Source of the DNA: Puniceicoccaceae bacterium
Lineage (GTDB): Bacteria > Verrucomicrobiota > Verrucomicrobiia > Opitutales > Oceanipulchritudinaceae
Length of the DNA stretch: 64,000 bases
Reading direction: 5' to 3'
NCBI GenBank assembly: GCA_040830765.1
Contig: JBFOMH010000005.1
Location: 320,001 to 384,000 of the forward strand
Below the pieces are notes generated by a model that was not told the origin of the DNA, did no database searches, and saw nothing but the letters and a program-made list of their open reading frames with translations. Of this stretch, positions 20,927-30,965 are shown one piece after another. Numbering within the stretch: position 1 is the first letter of the stretch; every line of letters begins with the position of its first letter. The translations under genes and the position numbers were made by a program.

Positions 20927-20958
20927 GAAAATCCCGTCTCGAATGAGACGGGATTTTC
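20927..20958. terminator. Bidirectional terminator between the LTD gene and tRNA-Asp
   Basis: GAAAATCCCGTCTC-GAAT-GAGACGGGATTTTC perfect hairpin. Confidence 0.8.
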
Positions 20959-20965
20959 GGTAAAG

Positions 20966-21042
<77 letters not shown>

Positions 21043-21161
21043 TTTGGGTAATTGAGACAGTGAAGCTACTTAGGCTCATTGCTCCGTCAAGCGTTTAATG
21101 GCAAAAAAAATGGCTAAAACCGCGGTTTGTTCCAAGGCACTTGCCGGGCAAGGGTGTCAGG

Positions 21162-22202
21162 ATGTCGACAACGCCTCCAAAAGCGTCTCCAAGAGGACCG
21201 GGACGACCCCGAAGATCCTGGCGCAAGGGTTTGCTGGTAGGCGGGTTGGCACTGGCCTTACAGGGAGGAATATTGGGTTTGGCCCTGGTGATTGGAGTCT
21301 TGAGCCCGCCCGCCCCGAAGGAAGCGAAACTGCGGCTCCCGGAAGGCTCCCCCAGCCTTCTGCGGGAGCGTCAACAGGCGGCGGAAGCGCAATTGGCCAA
21401 GTTGAACCGGATGCAGGCGGACAGCCTCCAGCAACTGATGGAGCCGGTCATTGAATCCACACTGGCGGAGATCCCGGTCAATCGGCCCCAATTATCGGAA
21501 TCCTTCCAGGCGATGGGCGCAATGTTACCGACGGCCAATCTCTTCAGCAATCAAATGGGAGCAATGATGGATGGCTTGGACAACAATGACCTCCCCCAGC
21601 CGGAACCCGTTGATTTTCTTGGGGAAACCCTCAATGCCAAACGGATGGTGCTGCTCCTGGATGTATCTGGCTCAGTGAAGAGCAAAATGGAGCAGGCGGG
21701 CGTCTCCATGGAGGCCCTGCGCCAGGAAATGGTCCGCTTTGTCGACCAACTGGGTCCAAATCACCTCTTCGGCATTATCCAGTTCACCCGCAACTGGCAG
21801 GTCTTCCGGGAGGAACTTGTTCCAGCTACGGAAAGCATACAGGAAGAGGCTCTGGGTTGGATTAACCGTTCCTTCCGCACCACGGGCACAGCCGGCCGCA
21901 ACTGGACCCGCGGTTCCCCGAACGGGATCGAGGGCGTGCTGGCAGCAGCCTTTGCCATGGACATCCAGATCGATGAAATCTTTCTCGTGAGTGACGGTGA
22001 CTTCCAAAGAACCCCACCCGGTGGAGGCGGACAAGATGTCCCATGGGCACAACTACGGGATCACACCCGCCGCCTGAAGGAGAATTCCATTGGGGAGACT
22101 CGGCTGCGGGTCCTTTGTTACTATCCGCCACAAGGCGCCCTTCCCGACCTCAAGGCATGGGTCCGGGAAAACGGGAACGGGACCCTGCGGGTGGTTCAAT
22201 GA
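21162..22202 (+). CDS. Membrane-anchored vWA-domain protein
   Basis: N-terminal TM helix, LLLDVSGS MIDAS motif, IFLVSDG. Confidence 0.8.
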   Translation: MSTTPPKASPRGPGRPRRSWRKGLLVGGLALALQGGILGLALVIGVLSPPAPKEAKLRLPEGSPSLLRERQQAAEAQLAKLNRMQADSLQQLMEPVIESTLAEIPVNRPQLSESFQAMGAMLPTANLFSNQMGAMMDGLDNNDLPQPEPVDFLGETLNAKRMVLLLDVSGSVKSKMEQAGVSMEALRQEMVRFVDQLGPNHLFGIIQFTRNWQVFREELVPATESIQEEALGWINRSFRTTGTAGRNWTRGSPNGIEGVLAAAFAMDIQIDEIFLVSDGDFQRTPPGGGGQDVPWAQLRDHTRRLKENSIGETRLRVLCYYPPQGALPDLKAWVRENGNGTLRVVQ

Positions 22203-22244
22203 GGCGGAAGCTGTCCTTGCCAAGGCAGGGAGAGCTTGGCATCA

Positions 22245-23339
22245 ATGTTGAGCGTGAAACCATGGGACTGGCAGATTTGGCAAACCTTATTCCTTCTCGT
22301 TGTCCTGATACTGCCAGGAGTGCTCGTTGCCGGGGAGACCTGGACCGTTGGAAGCACCCACTACGAAAATGTGCGGATCCAGGAAGTCACTCCGGCCACG
22401 GTTCGTATTTTCCACAGCAAGGGCATTACCCAGTTTGACCTTGCTGACTTGCCCGTCGAGTTGCGGGAACGATTCGGTTACAAGGAGGACGCCGCCTTGA
22501 AATGGCGGGAAGAAGACGTGGAACGGATTGAGCGTGAGGCAGCTGCGGCAAGAGCGGAACAGGAGGCATGGAAAAGAAGTAATCCACGGCCTGCCGGCCG
22601 ATTAAGCACCTCACGGGCTGATCAAAAGCCGACAGCGCCCGAGGAGGTCGTCTTCCACAAGGAAAAGGACCTCCGACCCTTGTATCGGGAGATGGGACTG
22701 TTTACCAAAGACCAGGGGCGTCGTCCCAGCTGCACAATCTTTGCACTAGTCAGTGCATTGGAATTTGAGCAGGGCCGGTTAACCGGGCAGGCCGAGCGCC
22801 TTTCCGAGGAATTCCTGATCTGGGCAACGCTTCAACTGCATCCGGGGATCCCGCTAGATACCGCCTTCAACTTTGCCGAGGTCTTTGCCGCCCTGCAGAC
22901 CTATGGAGTCCCCACCCATGCGGAGATGCCCAACACTTTCGGCAAGAGCATGGGGGAGATTGAGCCCAGCGAAAGTGTCATTGAATCGGCTGCCGATAGA
23001 CGGGGCGCCATTCCGGTCTGGTTCCGGGCGGATGATCCCCACCTCATTGAGCGGCTGGTCGGTGCCCTGAACCAGGAAAAGCCGGTCGTTGTTGCCGTCC
23101 GCTGGCCCAACTGGCGCACCCTCAACCGGACCTTTCTCCTCAGTGCCCAAAAGCCGATGGAAGACGCGGCCCATGCGGTCACCCTGGTCGGCTACCGCAA
23201 TCCGACCGGAAACCCCGATGCCACAACGTTCATTTTCCGCAACTCCTACGGCATCCAGTGGGGAAATGCCGGGTGCGGGTTTATCCGGGCAGCTTACCTG
23301 AAGGAGAATCTCCTCGGGGCGTTCTTTATGCGGCTCTGA
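22245..23339 (+). CDS. Papain-like (C1) cysteine peptidase, exported
   Basis: DQGRRPSCTIFA (Cys), AHAVTLVGY (His), FRNSYGIQWG (Asn); hydrophobic N-terminus. Confidence 0.88.
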   Translation: MLSVKPWDWQIWQTLFLLVVLILPGVLVAGETWTVGSTHYENVRIQEVTPATVRIFHSKGITQFDLADLPVELRERFGYKEDAALKWREEDVERIEREAAAARAEQEAWKRSNPRPAGRLSTSRADQKPTAPEEVVFHKEKDLRPLYREMGLFTKDQGRRPSCTIFALVSALEFEQGRLTGQAERLSEEFLIWATLQLHPGIPLDTAFNFAEVFAALQTYGVPTHAEMPNTFGKSMGEIEPSESVIESAADRRGAIPVWFRADDPHLIERLVGALNQEKPVVVAVRWPNWRTLNRTFLLSAQKPMEDAAHAVTLVGYRNPTGNPDATTFIFRNSYGIQWGNAGCGFIRAAYLKENLLGAFFMRL

Positions 23340-23347
23340 ACAGGTCC

Positions 23348-24460
23348 TTAGCGGAGGACGTAAATCCAGGCGCCGGGGGCCGAGGCCTCTGGTTCAGGGA
23401 AGTAGAGCCATCCGCTCAGGGTAAGCGAATAGACCCAGGGTGATTCCGTGACCTCAAGCCAACCAAGCCAGCTCCCGGTATCGACATAGCCATCAACCTT
23501 TGGCAAGCCGCCCCAGGTATCGCCACCTCCATTTCCGGAAGCGATGTAAACGATCCCGGAAGCACCCACTGCAACCCGACTGCTATCACCGACCGCCATT
23601 TCGCTCATGTCGGCAACATTTCCACTGGCAACGGAATCGACCGTCCAGGTGGCCCCGCTATCAGTGGAAGTCAAGAGTGCGTTGGCCCCGGTGGCATAAA
23701 GAGTCGTCGGCGTGGAAGGATCCATGTCGATGTCGGAAATGTAGGTATTGACACTGTTTTCAATAACAACCGGGTTCATCGGGGCGGTTGGATCCGTGGT
23801 CAGTTCGAATATGGCTCCTTTGCGGGTACTGAAATTGCCCGGCTCCTCAAAGAGTGTTCCGTAGACTAAGGCATTGGAGCCCAGTTGGATCCCGCCCAGC
23901 AGCCATAAGCCGGAATTATCAACCGCCACTGTGAAATCGGTCCCGTCGGCGGATGTCCGGATGCTCGATTCCGGGCCGCCTCCGTAAACGTAGTAGGTTC
24001 CCTCGTACAAGAAAGCGTCACTGTAGTTGTTGTTGCCCGGTAATTTTGTGTAGATGAGCTTTCCGTCCCCATCAAGGACGATATCTGCCCCACCGTCGGT
24101 AAAGGGAAAGGAAAAGTTTCCGGCGATGTCCGTCCAGGTCTCACCGCCGTCAGTCGATTCATAGAGGAAGTCGCCGGCTCCACCACGTCCAGTCGCCCAG
24201 AAGGCCATCGTGCTACCGTTGGAGCCGTACTCCACGTCCTCGATGATCCAGCCAGTGTTTAGCACCTGGGTAAAACTCTGGCCCCCATCCGTTGACCGGG
24301 CGATCCGGCCAAATCCATTGACCGCAATGAAAACCCCGTCGCCATAGGCCACACTGTTCCATGAATTGAGCAGTCCGAAAGTATCGGATGCCTGCCAGGC
24401 CTCCTGCGCGGAGACAGCAGCGAGTGATAACAACATGAAGAGAGAAGAGACAACTTTCAT
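23348..24460 (-). CDS. Secreted BNR/Asp-box beta-propeller-like protein with Trp-rich C-terminal domain
   Basis: Signal peptide; repeats STDGGQSF, STDGGETW, SADGTDF, STDSGATW. Confidence 0.8.
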   Translation of the reverse strand: MKVVSSLFMLLSLAAVSAQEAWQASDTFGLLNSWNSVAYGDGVFIAVNGFGRIARSTDGGQSFTQVLNTGWIIEDVEYGSNGSTMAFWATGRGGAGDFLYESTDGGETWTDIAGNFSFPFTDGGADIVLDGDGKLIYTKLPGNNNYSDAFLYEGTYYVYGGGPESSIRTSADGTDFTVAVDNSGLWLLGGIQLGSNALVYGTLFEEPGNFSTRKGAIFELTTDPTAPMNPVVIENSVNTYISDIDMDPSTPTTLYATGANALLTSTDSGATWTVDSVASGNVADMSEMAVGDSSRVAVGASGIVYIASGNGGGDTWGGLPKVDGYVDTGSWLGWLEVTESPWVYSLTLSGWLYFPEPEASAPGAWIYVLR

Positions 24461-24521
24461 GAGGTCGAAGATAAGAAATCTCAAGCCGTGTCAAGCGACT
24501 TGTGCCCAAATTCTGGTTACA

Positions 24522-25382
24522 CTAGACACCCTGCCGGCGGATGTATTCACAGGAGGCCGGTTGACCGTCCTTGTCCTTGAACAACTTGTCATATTCCGGT
24601 CCGGGAAGGATGGTTGACTGGCTGGCCCGAAAATGGAACTGGAGCGCCCGGCGGCGATGTGCGGATCGGTTGGGCGGGGTCTCGTGCGGTATCATTCCGG
24701 AAAAGAAAAGGGCACTACCCGGCTTCAAGGGGACCGGCACCAAGGTCGACAAATCGAGTTTCCTGACATGGATCTCACAATCCCGCTTGTGTTCGTGCTT
24801 CAATGGCCCCTGATGATGCTGCCCTCGCGGCATGTGCATGCAGCCGTTCTGGACGGTTGCCTCGTCCACCGCGATCCAGACACCGCAAACCGCATTGAGC
24901 GGACTGACGGAAAAATAGGCACTGTCCTGATGCCATGGCTTGGTCGCTCCGATCTTTGGTGGCTTGATCAAGGCCATATCCTGAAACAACAGAATTGAGT
25001 CCTCAAGTAACGCAGATGCAGTGCGGGCGATGGGGCTTTCCCCTGAAAGCATATCCCGGAATACCGGTTCCTCATCAGCAAAATACATGAACTTCCGCAC
25101 CTGCAATTCAAGGGCCTCAGGATCATCCAGCCTGGGTTCCTCCCCTGCTTCAAACTGGATAAAGAACTGGCTGTCACGCTTCCGCACCATCGTCCCTCCC
25201 CCAATGCTGCCTGCGGTACCGGGCACCAGGTCAGCCAGGGACCGGTCCGGCCCATACTTGCGGACCATCCGGCTCAGCGCCTCCTTCACCTCTTCAATTT
25301 GTTCCGGAGAAAGGACGCCCTCCCTGACGATGTAGCCATCTGTCAGGTAGGCCTGCTTTTCCTCTTCGGTGACCAGTTCCAT
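24522..25382 (-). CDS. Phytanoyl-CoA dioxygenase (PhyH)-family Fe(II)/2OG enzyme
   Basis: KPWHQD, WIAVDEAT..NGC, H.TPPNRS..RR. Confidence 0.9.
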   Translation of the reverse strand: MELVTEEEKQAYLTDGYIVREGVLSPEQIEEVKEALSRMVRKYGPDRSLADLVPGTAGSIGGGTMVRKRDSQFFIQFEAGEEPRLDDPEALELQVRKFMYFADEEPVFRDMLSGESPIARTASALLEDSILLFQDMALIKPPKIGATKPWHQDSAYFSVSPLNAVCGVWIAVDEATVQNGCMHMPRGQHHQGPLKHEHKRDCEIHVRKLDLSTLVPVPLKPGSALFFSGMIPHETPPNRSAHRRRALQFHFRASQSTILPGPEYDKLFKDKDGQPASCEYIRRQGV

Positions 25383-25555
25383 GAAATACCAGCATGGGAA
25401 TATTGCCTCCAATATCCATTCATTTTTCCAACCCCTCATCCAGTGGGCCAATTCCAGGATAATTACACCTTCGCTCTACTTTCTCAAAATGACTCCAGAA
25501 GTCCGCCCGTCTGTTACATGTGTGCAAATTTACCATCCCATGAGTCCGATACGGC

Positions 25556-25584
25556 TTGACCGCCAACAGCCTCGGAGCTATAGA
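25556..25584 (+). promoter_or_regulatory. Sigma70-like promoter of the giant-protein operon
   Basis: TTGACC (25556-25561), 17 nt, TATAGA (25579-25584). Confidence 0.5.
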
Positions 25585-25655
25585 TTTATTTATAGAGGCA
25601 ATTAGATGCACTAATCTTATGCCTCTGCCCAACGCAACCTTCTCTTTCTCACCGT

Positions 25656-28600
25656 TTGATGCCCAAAGGCTTTAGGATCCCGGGAATCGGGCTGATTCGT
25701 GCGCGAATTGGCGCATTACTGCTATGCGCAGTAGCCCTGGCTGGCCCCTTGGAGGCCAACCTGACCCAATCGCTGCAAAACTTCAGCATAAGCGGACCTA
25801 ACGGCTACCTGATTGATGCGGACGGCAATAACTTCCTCTTCTACTACAACCGGGACGCCATCCGGGCAGCGGTTGAGATGGAGTACAGCCGATCCGGCGG
25901 AAGTCCCTATCATTACGAGTACCGCTTTGATTTCCAATTGCTGAACAGCGATGGCGTTGCCCAGACACTTAAGAGCGGAGGCACCACCCTCTCGGTCTGG
26001 GAGGATGTGGACATGACGGTCGGGGATACCACCATCCAGCGGACAACCACTGGCAACCTCCGGCCGGCGGCCCAACTGGATCCCTATGATGAATACCGGG
26101 TCAGCGTGCAGGTTTTCAGGCGAGTAGCCCCGAATGGCGTCATTACCAATACATTCATCAGTTCGGAGACCGCTCCTGAGCAATTCATCCACTTCAACCA
26201 GCTGACCAGTCCGGATGCCCCCTACAATGTCATTAGCGAAGTGGAATCTGTCTTCTGGAACCGCACCTACCGCGTCCAGACTGAGCCGGCCCGGGACCAT
26301 TTCCGGGTAACCGCCTTTGTCCGTCTGCACCGCTACGATGATTTCACCGAGGCGGTTTCCTCGGATGAAATCACGACCCGGCTCAGCGTCACCCTCAGGG
26401 ACGACCAAGGCAACAGTGTCCCGCTGGAGCAATCGGTCTTTGAATTCACCAATGACCTGGCCACCTATTCCCAGGGCAACGCCCAGATCTTTATTCCCAA
26501 CGCACCCGCAACCGTCCTTTCCCAGCGGGTGATGGAGATTGTCCCCAGCGTGCAACTGGAGTCCCGCGCCCGTACCTACAAGATTGAGGTCACCGTCGGG
26601 CACTACGAATCAGCCGGAGCTAATCTGCCCCTTGCTGGCAATAACCTTGATACGGCAAACACCCGCCTCCTCGATTTCAATGGAACCATTGCCTTCCACG
26701 GGGCGGAAGGGACCTTTACCAGCACGACAACTCCCGGTCCGTCCGAGGACGGCCTGGGCGCGGACTACATCCAGACGACCCTGCGCATCAACAACAACAG
26801 TGGCAGCTTCAAGGGTATGATATTCGGCAATGGCGACCCGCTTCCAGTTGAATTGCGTGATGATGGTGTCGCTACACTCTCCGGTGGCTTTATCGCTCTC
26901 AACGGAACCGGCATCCCCGAGCAACCGGGCAAGATCGCCTTTACCATATCCACCCTGGTGGCCACGCCGACGGACCTGACCGGTACCGTCAACATGCAGC
27001 TTCCGTCGGGATTCGGGGTGGGCGTGGATGCCAATACCCGCATTCATGAGCCGAACATCTTTTTCTTTAACGTCGATCTCGGGCCGGACCTTGTGCCTAC
27101 GTCGGAGACCCTGGACGACACCCAGCTTCGCTGGGCGGCCGAGGAGTCCAAGCCCCTGATATTTGAAATTGGCTCGCTCTCTTGGGATGTTCAACAGGAT
27201 CGCATCCGCCTCTCCCCGACCGGGCAGATCGTCTACACCCGCGGCAAGGCCTATGACACGCTGCTCGGCGATGCTCTCGTTCCAGCAGGCAAGCGCTTCA
27301 AGCTCGGCAATGATGCTTACTACTGGAAGGTCGCCGGGATTGATTCCGCCGAGGTCCTTATTGAACCGCATCCGCAGAACTGCTCAGCCATGTTGACCAT
27401 GGACCTTAGCCTCGGTGGCACATTATATCGCGGGCACTTCCCCTATAACGCGCTTATCAGCGCCAACAAGGGATCCCAGCGCATTATCCAGGACATGGTG
27501 GATCCCGCCTATGGTGGACTCGAGGGGGTGACGTCGGTCGATGTCAATTACGCCCGCGACTGCCCGGAGGGCGATTGCGGAGGCGAAGTCGGGGTGGAGA
27601 CACTAACCTTCCTGCCGGACAATGACTTCCTCAACTTCACCCGCGATGGAGGCTTATCCGCCACGGGTGTCATGAACGCGCCGACCACCCTGAACTGGGG
27701 CTGGGTCAGTGCGGTCGGTGATTACGCTCAGAAGGCTTCCGAGTTTATAGATTCAGGATTTCTTGCCAGTGGCATCTTTATGTCTGGGTCGCAGTACAAC
27801 AGTGACAGCAACAACCAGCCCGCCCGGATGCTGTTGACCGGTATCGATCCCAACCAGACAGACGTCGTCGAGCGGCCTGCAACGGCCGCCTACACGGCCG
27901 GCCTGGGCGACTATCCGGGATTGAATTTCCGCGTTGTGTCGAACGGAGCACAGGACGGCGAGATGGTCCTGGCCGGACAGGCCTCGGACCCATTCCCGCT
28001 GACTGACCGGGCCAAGTACTACGTCCGCTACGCCGGGATCACCGGCATCCATGAAGCCATCAATGGCCAGTTCAATCCGACCGCGGTCATCTACGGGATG
28101 GACTTCACCTTTACCACCCTCGGCTGGGCCTACATGGACAGCGAGGCTGTGGACAGCCGGACAGCCGGTGAACTTTCCGTCCCCTACCCGTCTGATTTCG
28201 ATCTCGCCTTCGACAAGCTGATGATCAGTTGCCAGGGAGCGCTCCTTGGTGCGGACATCGCCGCCTCCGATGCCAACGTCCTCAAGAAGCTCGCCTACTG
28301 GAATGCCGACTTCCTGCCACTCTCACTCAACTTCGAGGGCAAGGATGCCGATTTCTGTGATCCCTCCCAGCGCCGGCTCGTCCTCGGCGTGGAAGCCTAT
28401 GCGGGAGGCATTCCACAACCGCTCTCCGGACGCTTCGGCTTCCAGACCAACGGCAACCTCATCACCCTTGCCTCGGGTGACCTCGACCCGCCCTTTGATT
28501 CGCGCCTCGCCCTGCCCAACAGCTTTGATATCGCCGGCCCGGAGAATACGGACTACCGCGCCACTCCGGTCGGGGATGCCTACCTCAATGACTACGACGT

Positions 28601-30950
28601 TCTTCCGGATGGACTCGGCTGGCTCAGTATTCCCGCCTTTGTCGATGTGCCCTTCTTCGAGGACCTGCAAATCCACCTCCACACCACAGCGGTCAAGGAT
28701 GATGACAACCCCATTATCTACATGATGGGCGGCTATCCGGACCTCGGGTTCTCAACCAACGGCAAGCACTTCTTCAACGAGGCCATCTATGATGTCTCCA
28801 ACCGCGGATTCCCCGGCGATGTCACCCTCGAGGAATACCGCAACGGCATATCCGATATGGATGAAAAATACCGCCCCCGCGCCCAGACACGATGGCTCGG
28901 TGTAGTGGATTTTGACTACCCACTTGAATGGCGCGCGGCCTCCAAGTCCTTTGTCTCCTTCACCGAGGCGGGGAACAACTTCGTCGTCCTTTACGCCCAG
29001 CACCAGGTCGACTACCTGTCCTCGGAAATTGTCGAGGTCTCCTTTGGAGCCGGGCTGTCCACCTTCCCGGTGACCAACTTGGCCAACCTCGTTTCCGACA
29101 AGGCAACCGACGCCACCGGTGTTCTCCAGCAGTACCTTGAGACGGAAATCGTCAACGCCGGGGTTGAGGGGCTCAACGAGGTCCTCGATGTCAAGCAGCG
29201 GGAATTCTTCGAGAAGGTCCTTGAACCAGCCGTCGACACGGCAGTCGACGAGATCATGGATGCGATCACGCCCAACTGGGACGAGGTGGACAAGAAATGG
29301 CTCAACAACGACCTCGCCTCCGTCATCGACACCGGCGCACTGGATCAGATCAACGGGGTCTTCGCCCAGATCGACAAGGCCCTGACCACGGCCAAGGAGG
29401 CCGCCGGGGTTATCCAGGAAGTTGACCTGCGACTCGGCCAGGCAGAGGACGCCCTGACCGCCATCGAGGAATTCATCGAAGAAAAGGAAGGTGCACCCCT
29501 TGGCAACATGGAGGAAGTTGTCCTTGGTTTGGCCAACATCGTCTCCGATGCCCTCGACAAGCCGGAGTTTGCCCAGAAGATTGATGAGATCCTCAGGAAG
29601 GCAGAGCCCCGTATCGTCGAGGTCCGGGAGGCAATCGTCGAAGTGCGCGACTTTATCTCCGGTGTCCGGGAGAAACTGGCCCAGGGAGGTGCCTTTACCA
29701 ACCAGGTCATTGATCTGGTGGCCGATAACACCCAGACCATTGAGGACAGCGTGACGGAGATCACTGCCGCGGTGGAGGACATTCTTGAGGATCTCCAGCC
29801 CGGCGTCGATTCCCTGGCCGCGTACGACGAAGCCCTGCGCGAGAAGATCAAGCAGCGCATCATGGACTATATCACCGAGCTGCCGATAATCGCCCAGTAC
29901 AACCGGCTCCTGAAACAGTACCTCTATGACGCCTCTTCCCTGCTCACCCAGGCCATCGATGAGGTCTTCGACCAGATTAACCTGACGCTTGAGGAGATCA
30001 TCAGCGATGTCGTCGGTGGACTGGAAGAGAAGTTTGAAGAAATGCTCGGCGATGTTGCGACCGTCATGGCCACCGCTGACATCAAGGGCTACGCCAAGGT
30101 CCGTAACGACTCGCTGACGGAACTGCGCCTCGATCTCAAGGCCTCCATTAACATTCCCGATGAGATGAAGGCCCATGTCTTCCTGCTCATCAAGGAACTG
30201 AATTCCGACAATACCCCGACCGAGTGTCTCCCCGATGCCGGCAAGGCCACGGAAGTGACCATGGGGGCCAAGGATGTCGCCGTTGAATGGCTCTTCCCGG
30301 GCGTATCCCTGAACATCGCGGCCAAGTTTGTCATGGCTGGTGGCGAAGGCTTCCCGCTCCTCGGCATGGGCGGCGGTATTGATCTCGTCGGGGAAATCTC
30401 CTTTGCCGACTCCATCGTCATCCATCAGCTCGGGGCCTCAGTCATGTTCGGCAAGTTCGAGAACTACATCAGTGCCGGCGTCCAACTGGAGGTACAAGGC
30501 TTCCAGGGCGGTGGAGGCATTTTCTTCGGCCGGGCCTGCTCCCTTGATCCATTCTTCTGGGATCCGATTGTCGGTGAAGTGATCGGCGAGCCACCATTTA
30601 CCGGATTTTATGGCTACGGCGAATTCTGGATACCGATCAACCAGTTGATTGGCATTCCCTCAACCTGCCTCTTCAATCTTTCCGCCGGAGTCGGGGCCGG
30701 GGCCGGCGTCTTTGCCGAGGGACCAACGGTCTTTGGCAAGATGTTCCTCGGGGTCAGTGGTGACCTGCTCTGTATCGTCAGCATCACCGGTGAGATTTCC
30801 CTTGTCGGGGTGGCCAAGCCGTCCGGACTTTCGCTTGCCGGCGAAGGCCGCTTCCAGGCGGAAATCGGTTTCTGCCCGATCTGCCTCAAGTTCGACAAGA
30901 CCGCCCGCCTCGTCAAGGAAGGCAAAAAGTGGAGCCGAAGCGTAGATTGA
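25656..30950 (+). CDS. Giant secreted protein (1764 aa): beta-rich body, about 330-aa helical segment, Gly/Cys-rich beta C-terminus
   Basis: Long ORF; signal peptide (IGALLLCAVALAGPLEA); no recognised catalytic motif. Confidence 0.85.
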   Translation: MMPKGFRIPGIGLIRARIGALLLCAVALAGPLEANLTQSLQNFSISGPNGYLIDADGNNFLFYYNRDAIRAAVEMEYSRSGGSPYHYEYRFDFQLLNSDGVAQTLKSGGTTLSVWEDVDMTVGDTTIQRTTTGNLRPAAQLDPYDEYRVSVQVFRRVAPNGVITNTFISSETAPEQFIHFNQLTSPDAPYNVISEVESVFWNRTYRVQTEPARDHFRVTAFVRLHRYDDFTEAVSSDEITTRLSVTLRDDQGNSVPLEQSVFEFTNDLATYSQGNAQIFIPNAPATVLSQRVMEIVPSVQLESRARTYKIEVTVGHYESAGANLPLAGNNLDTANTRLLDFNGTIAFHGAEGTFTSTTTPGPSEDGLGADYIQTTLRINNNSGSFKGMIFGNGDPLPVELRDDGVATLSGGFIALNGTGIPEQPGKIAFTISTLVATPTDLTGTVNMQLPSGFGVGVDANTRIHEPNIFFFNVDLGPDLVPTSETLDDTQLRWAAEESKPLIFEIGSLSWDVQQDRIRLSPTGQIVYTRGKAYDTLLGDALVPAGKRFKLGNDAYYWKVAGIDSAEVLIEPHPQNCSAMLTMDLSLGGTLYRGHFPYNALISANKGSQRIIQDMVDPAYGGLEGVTSVDVNYARDCPEGDCGGEVGVETLTFLPDNDFLNFTRDGGLSATGVMNAPTTLNWGWVSAVGDYAQKASEFIDSGFLASGIFMSGSQYNSDSNNQPARMLLTGIDPNQTDVVERPATAAYTAGLGDYPGLNFRVVSNGAQDGEMVLAGQASDPFPLTDRAKYYVRYAGITGIHEAINGQFNPTAVIYGMDFTFTTLGWAYMDSEAVDSRTAGELSVPYPSDFDLAFDKLMISCQGALLGADIAASDANVLKKLAYWNADFLPLSLNFEGKDADFCDPSQRRLVLGVEAYAGGIPQPLSGRFGFQTNGNLITLASGDLDPPFDSRLALPNSFDIAGPENTDYRATPVGDAYLNDYDVLPDGLGWLSIPAFVDVPFFEDLQIHLHTTAVKDDDNPIIYMMGGYPDLGFSTNGKHFFNEAIYDVSNRGFPGDVTLEEYRNGISDMDEKYRPRAQTRWLGVVDFDYPLEWRAASKSFVSFTEAGNNFVVLYAQHQVDYLSSEIVEVSFGAGLSTFPVTNLANLVSDKATDATGVLQQYLETEIVNAGVEGLNEVLDVKQREFFEKVLEPAVDTAVDEIMDAITPNWDEVDKKWLNNDLASVIDTGALDQINGVFAQIDKALTTAKEAAGVIQEVDLRLGQAEDALTAIEEFIEEKEGAPLGNMEEVVLGLANIVSDALDKPEFAQKIDEILRKAEPRIVEVREAIVEVRDFISGVREKLAQGGAFTNQVIDLVADNTQTIEDSVTEITAAVEDILEDLQPGVDSLAAYDEALREKIKQRIMDYITELPIIAQYNRLLKQYLYDASSLLTQAIDEVFDQINLTLEEIISDVVGGLEEKFEEMLGDVATVMATADIKGYAKVRNDSLTELRLDLKASINIPDEMKAHVFLLIKELNSDNTPTECLPDAGKATEVTMGAKDVAVEWLFPGVSLNIAAKFVMAGGEGFPLLGMGGGIDLVGEISFADSIVIHQLGASVMFGKFENYISAGVQLEVQGFQGGGGIFFGRACSLDPFFWDPIVGEVIGEPPFTGFYGYGEFWIPINQLIGIPSTCLFNLSAGVGAGAGVFAEGPTVFGKMFLGVSGDLLCIVSITGEISLVGVAKPSGLSLAGEGRFQAEIGFCPICLKFDKTARLVKEGKKWSRSVD

Positions 30951-30965
30951 TGAGGACCTGCCAAA

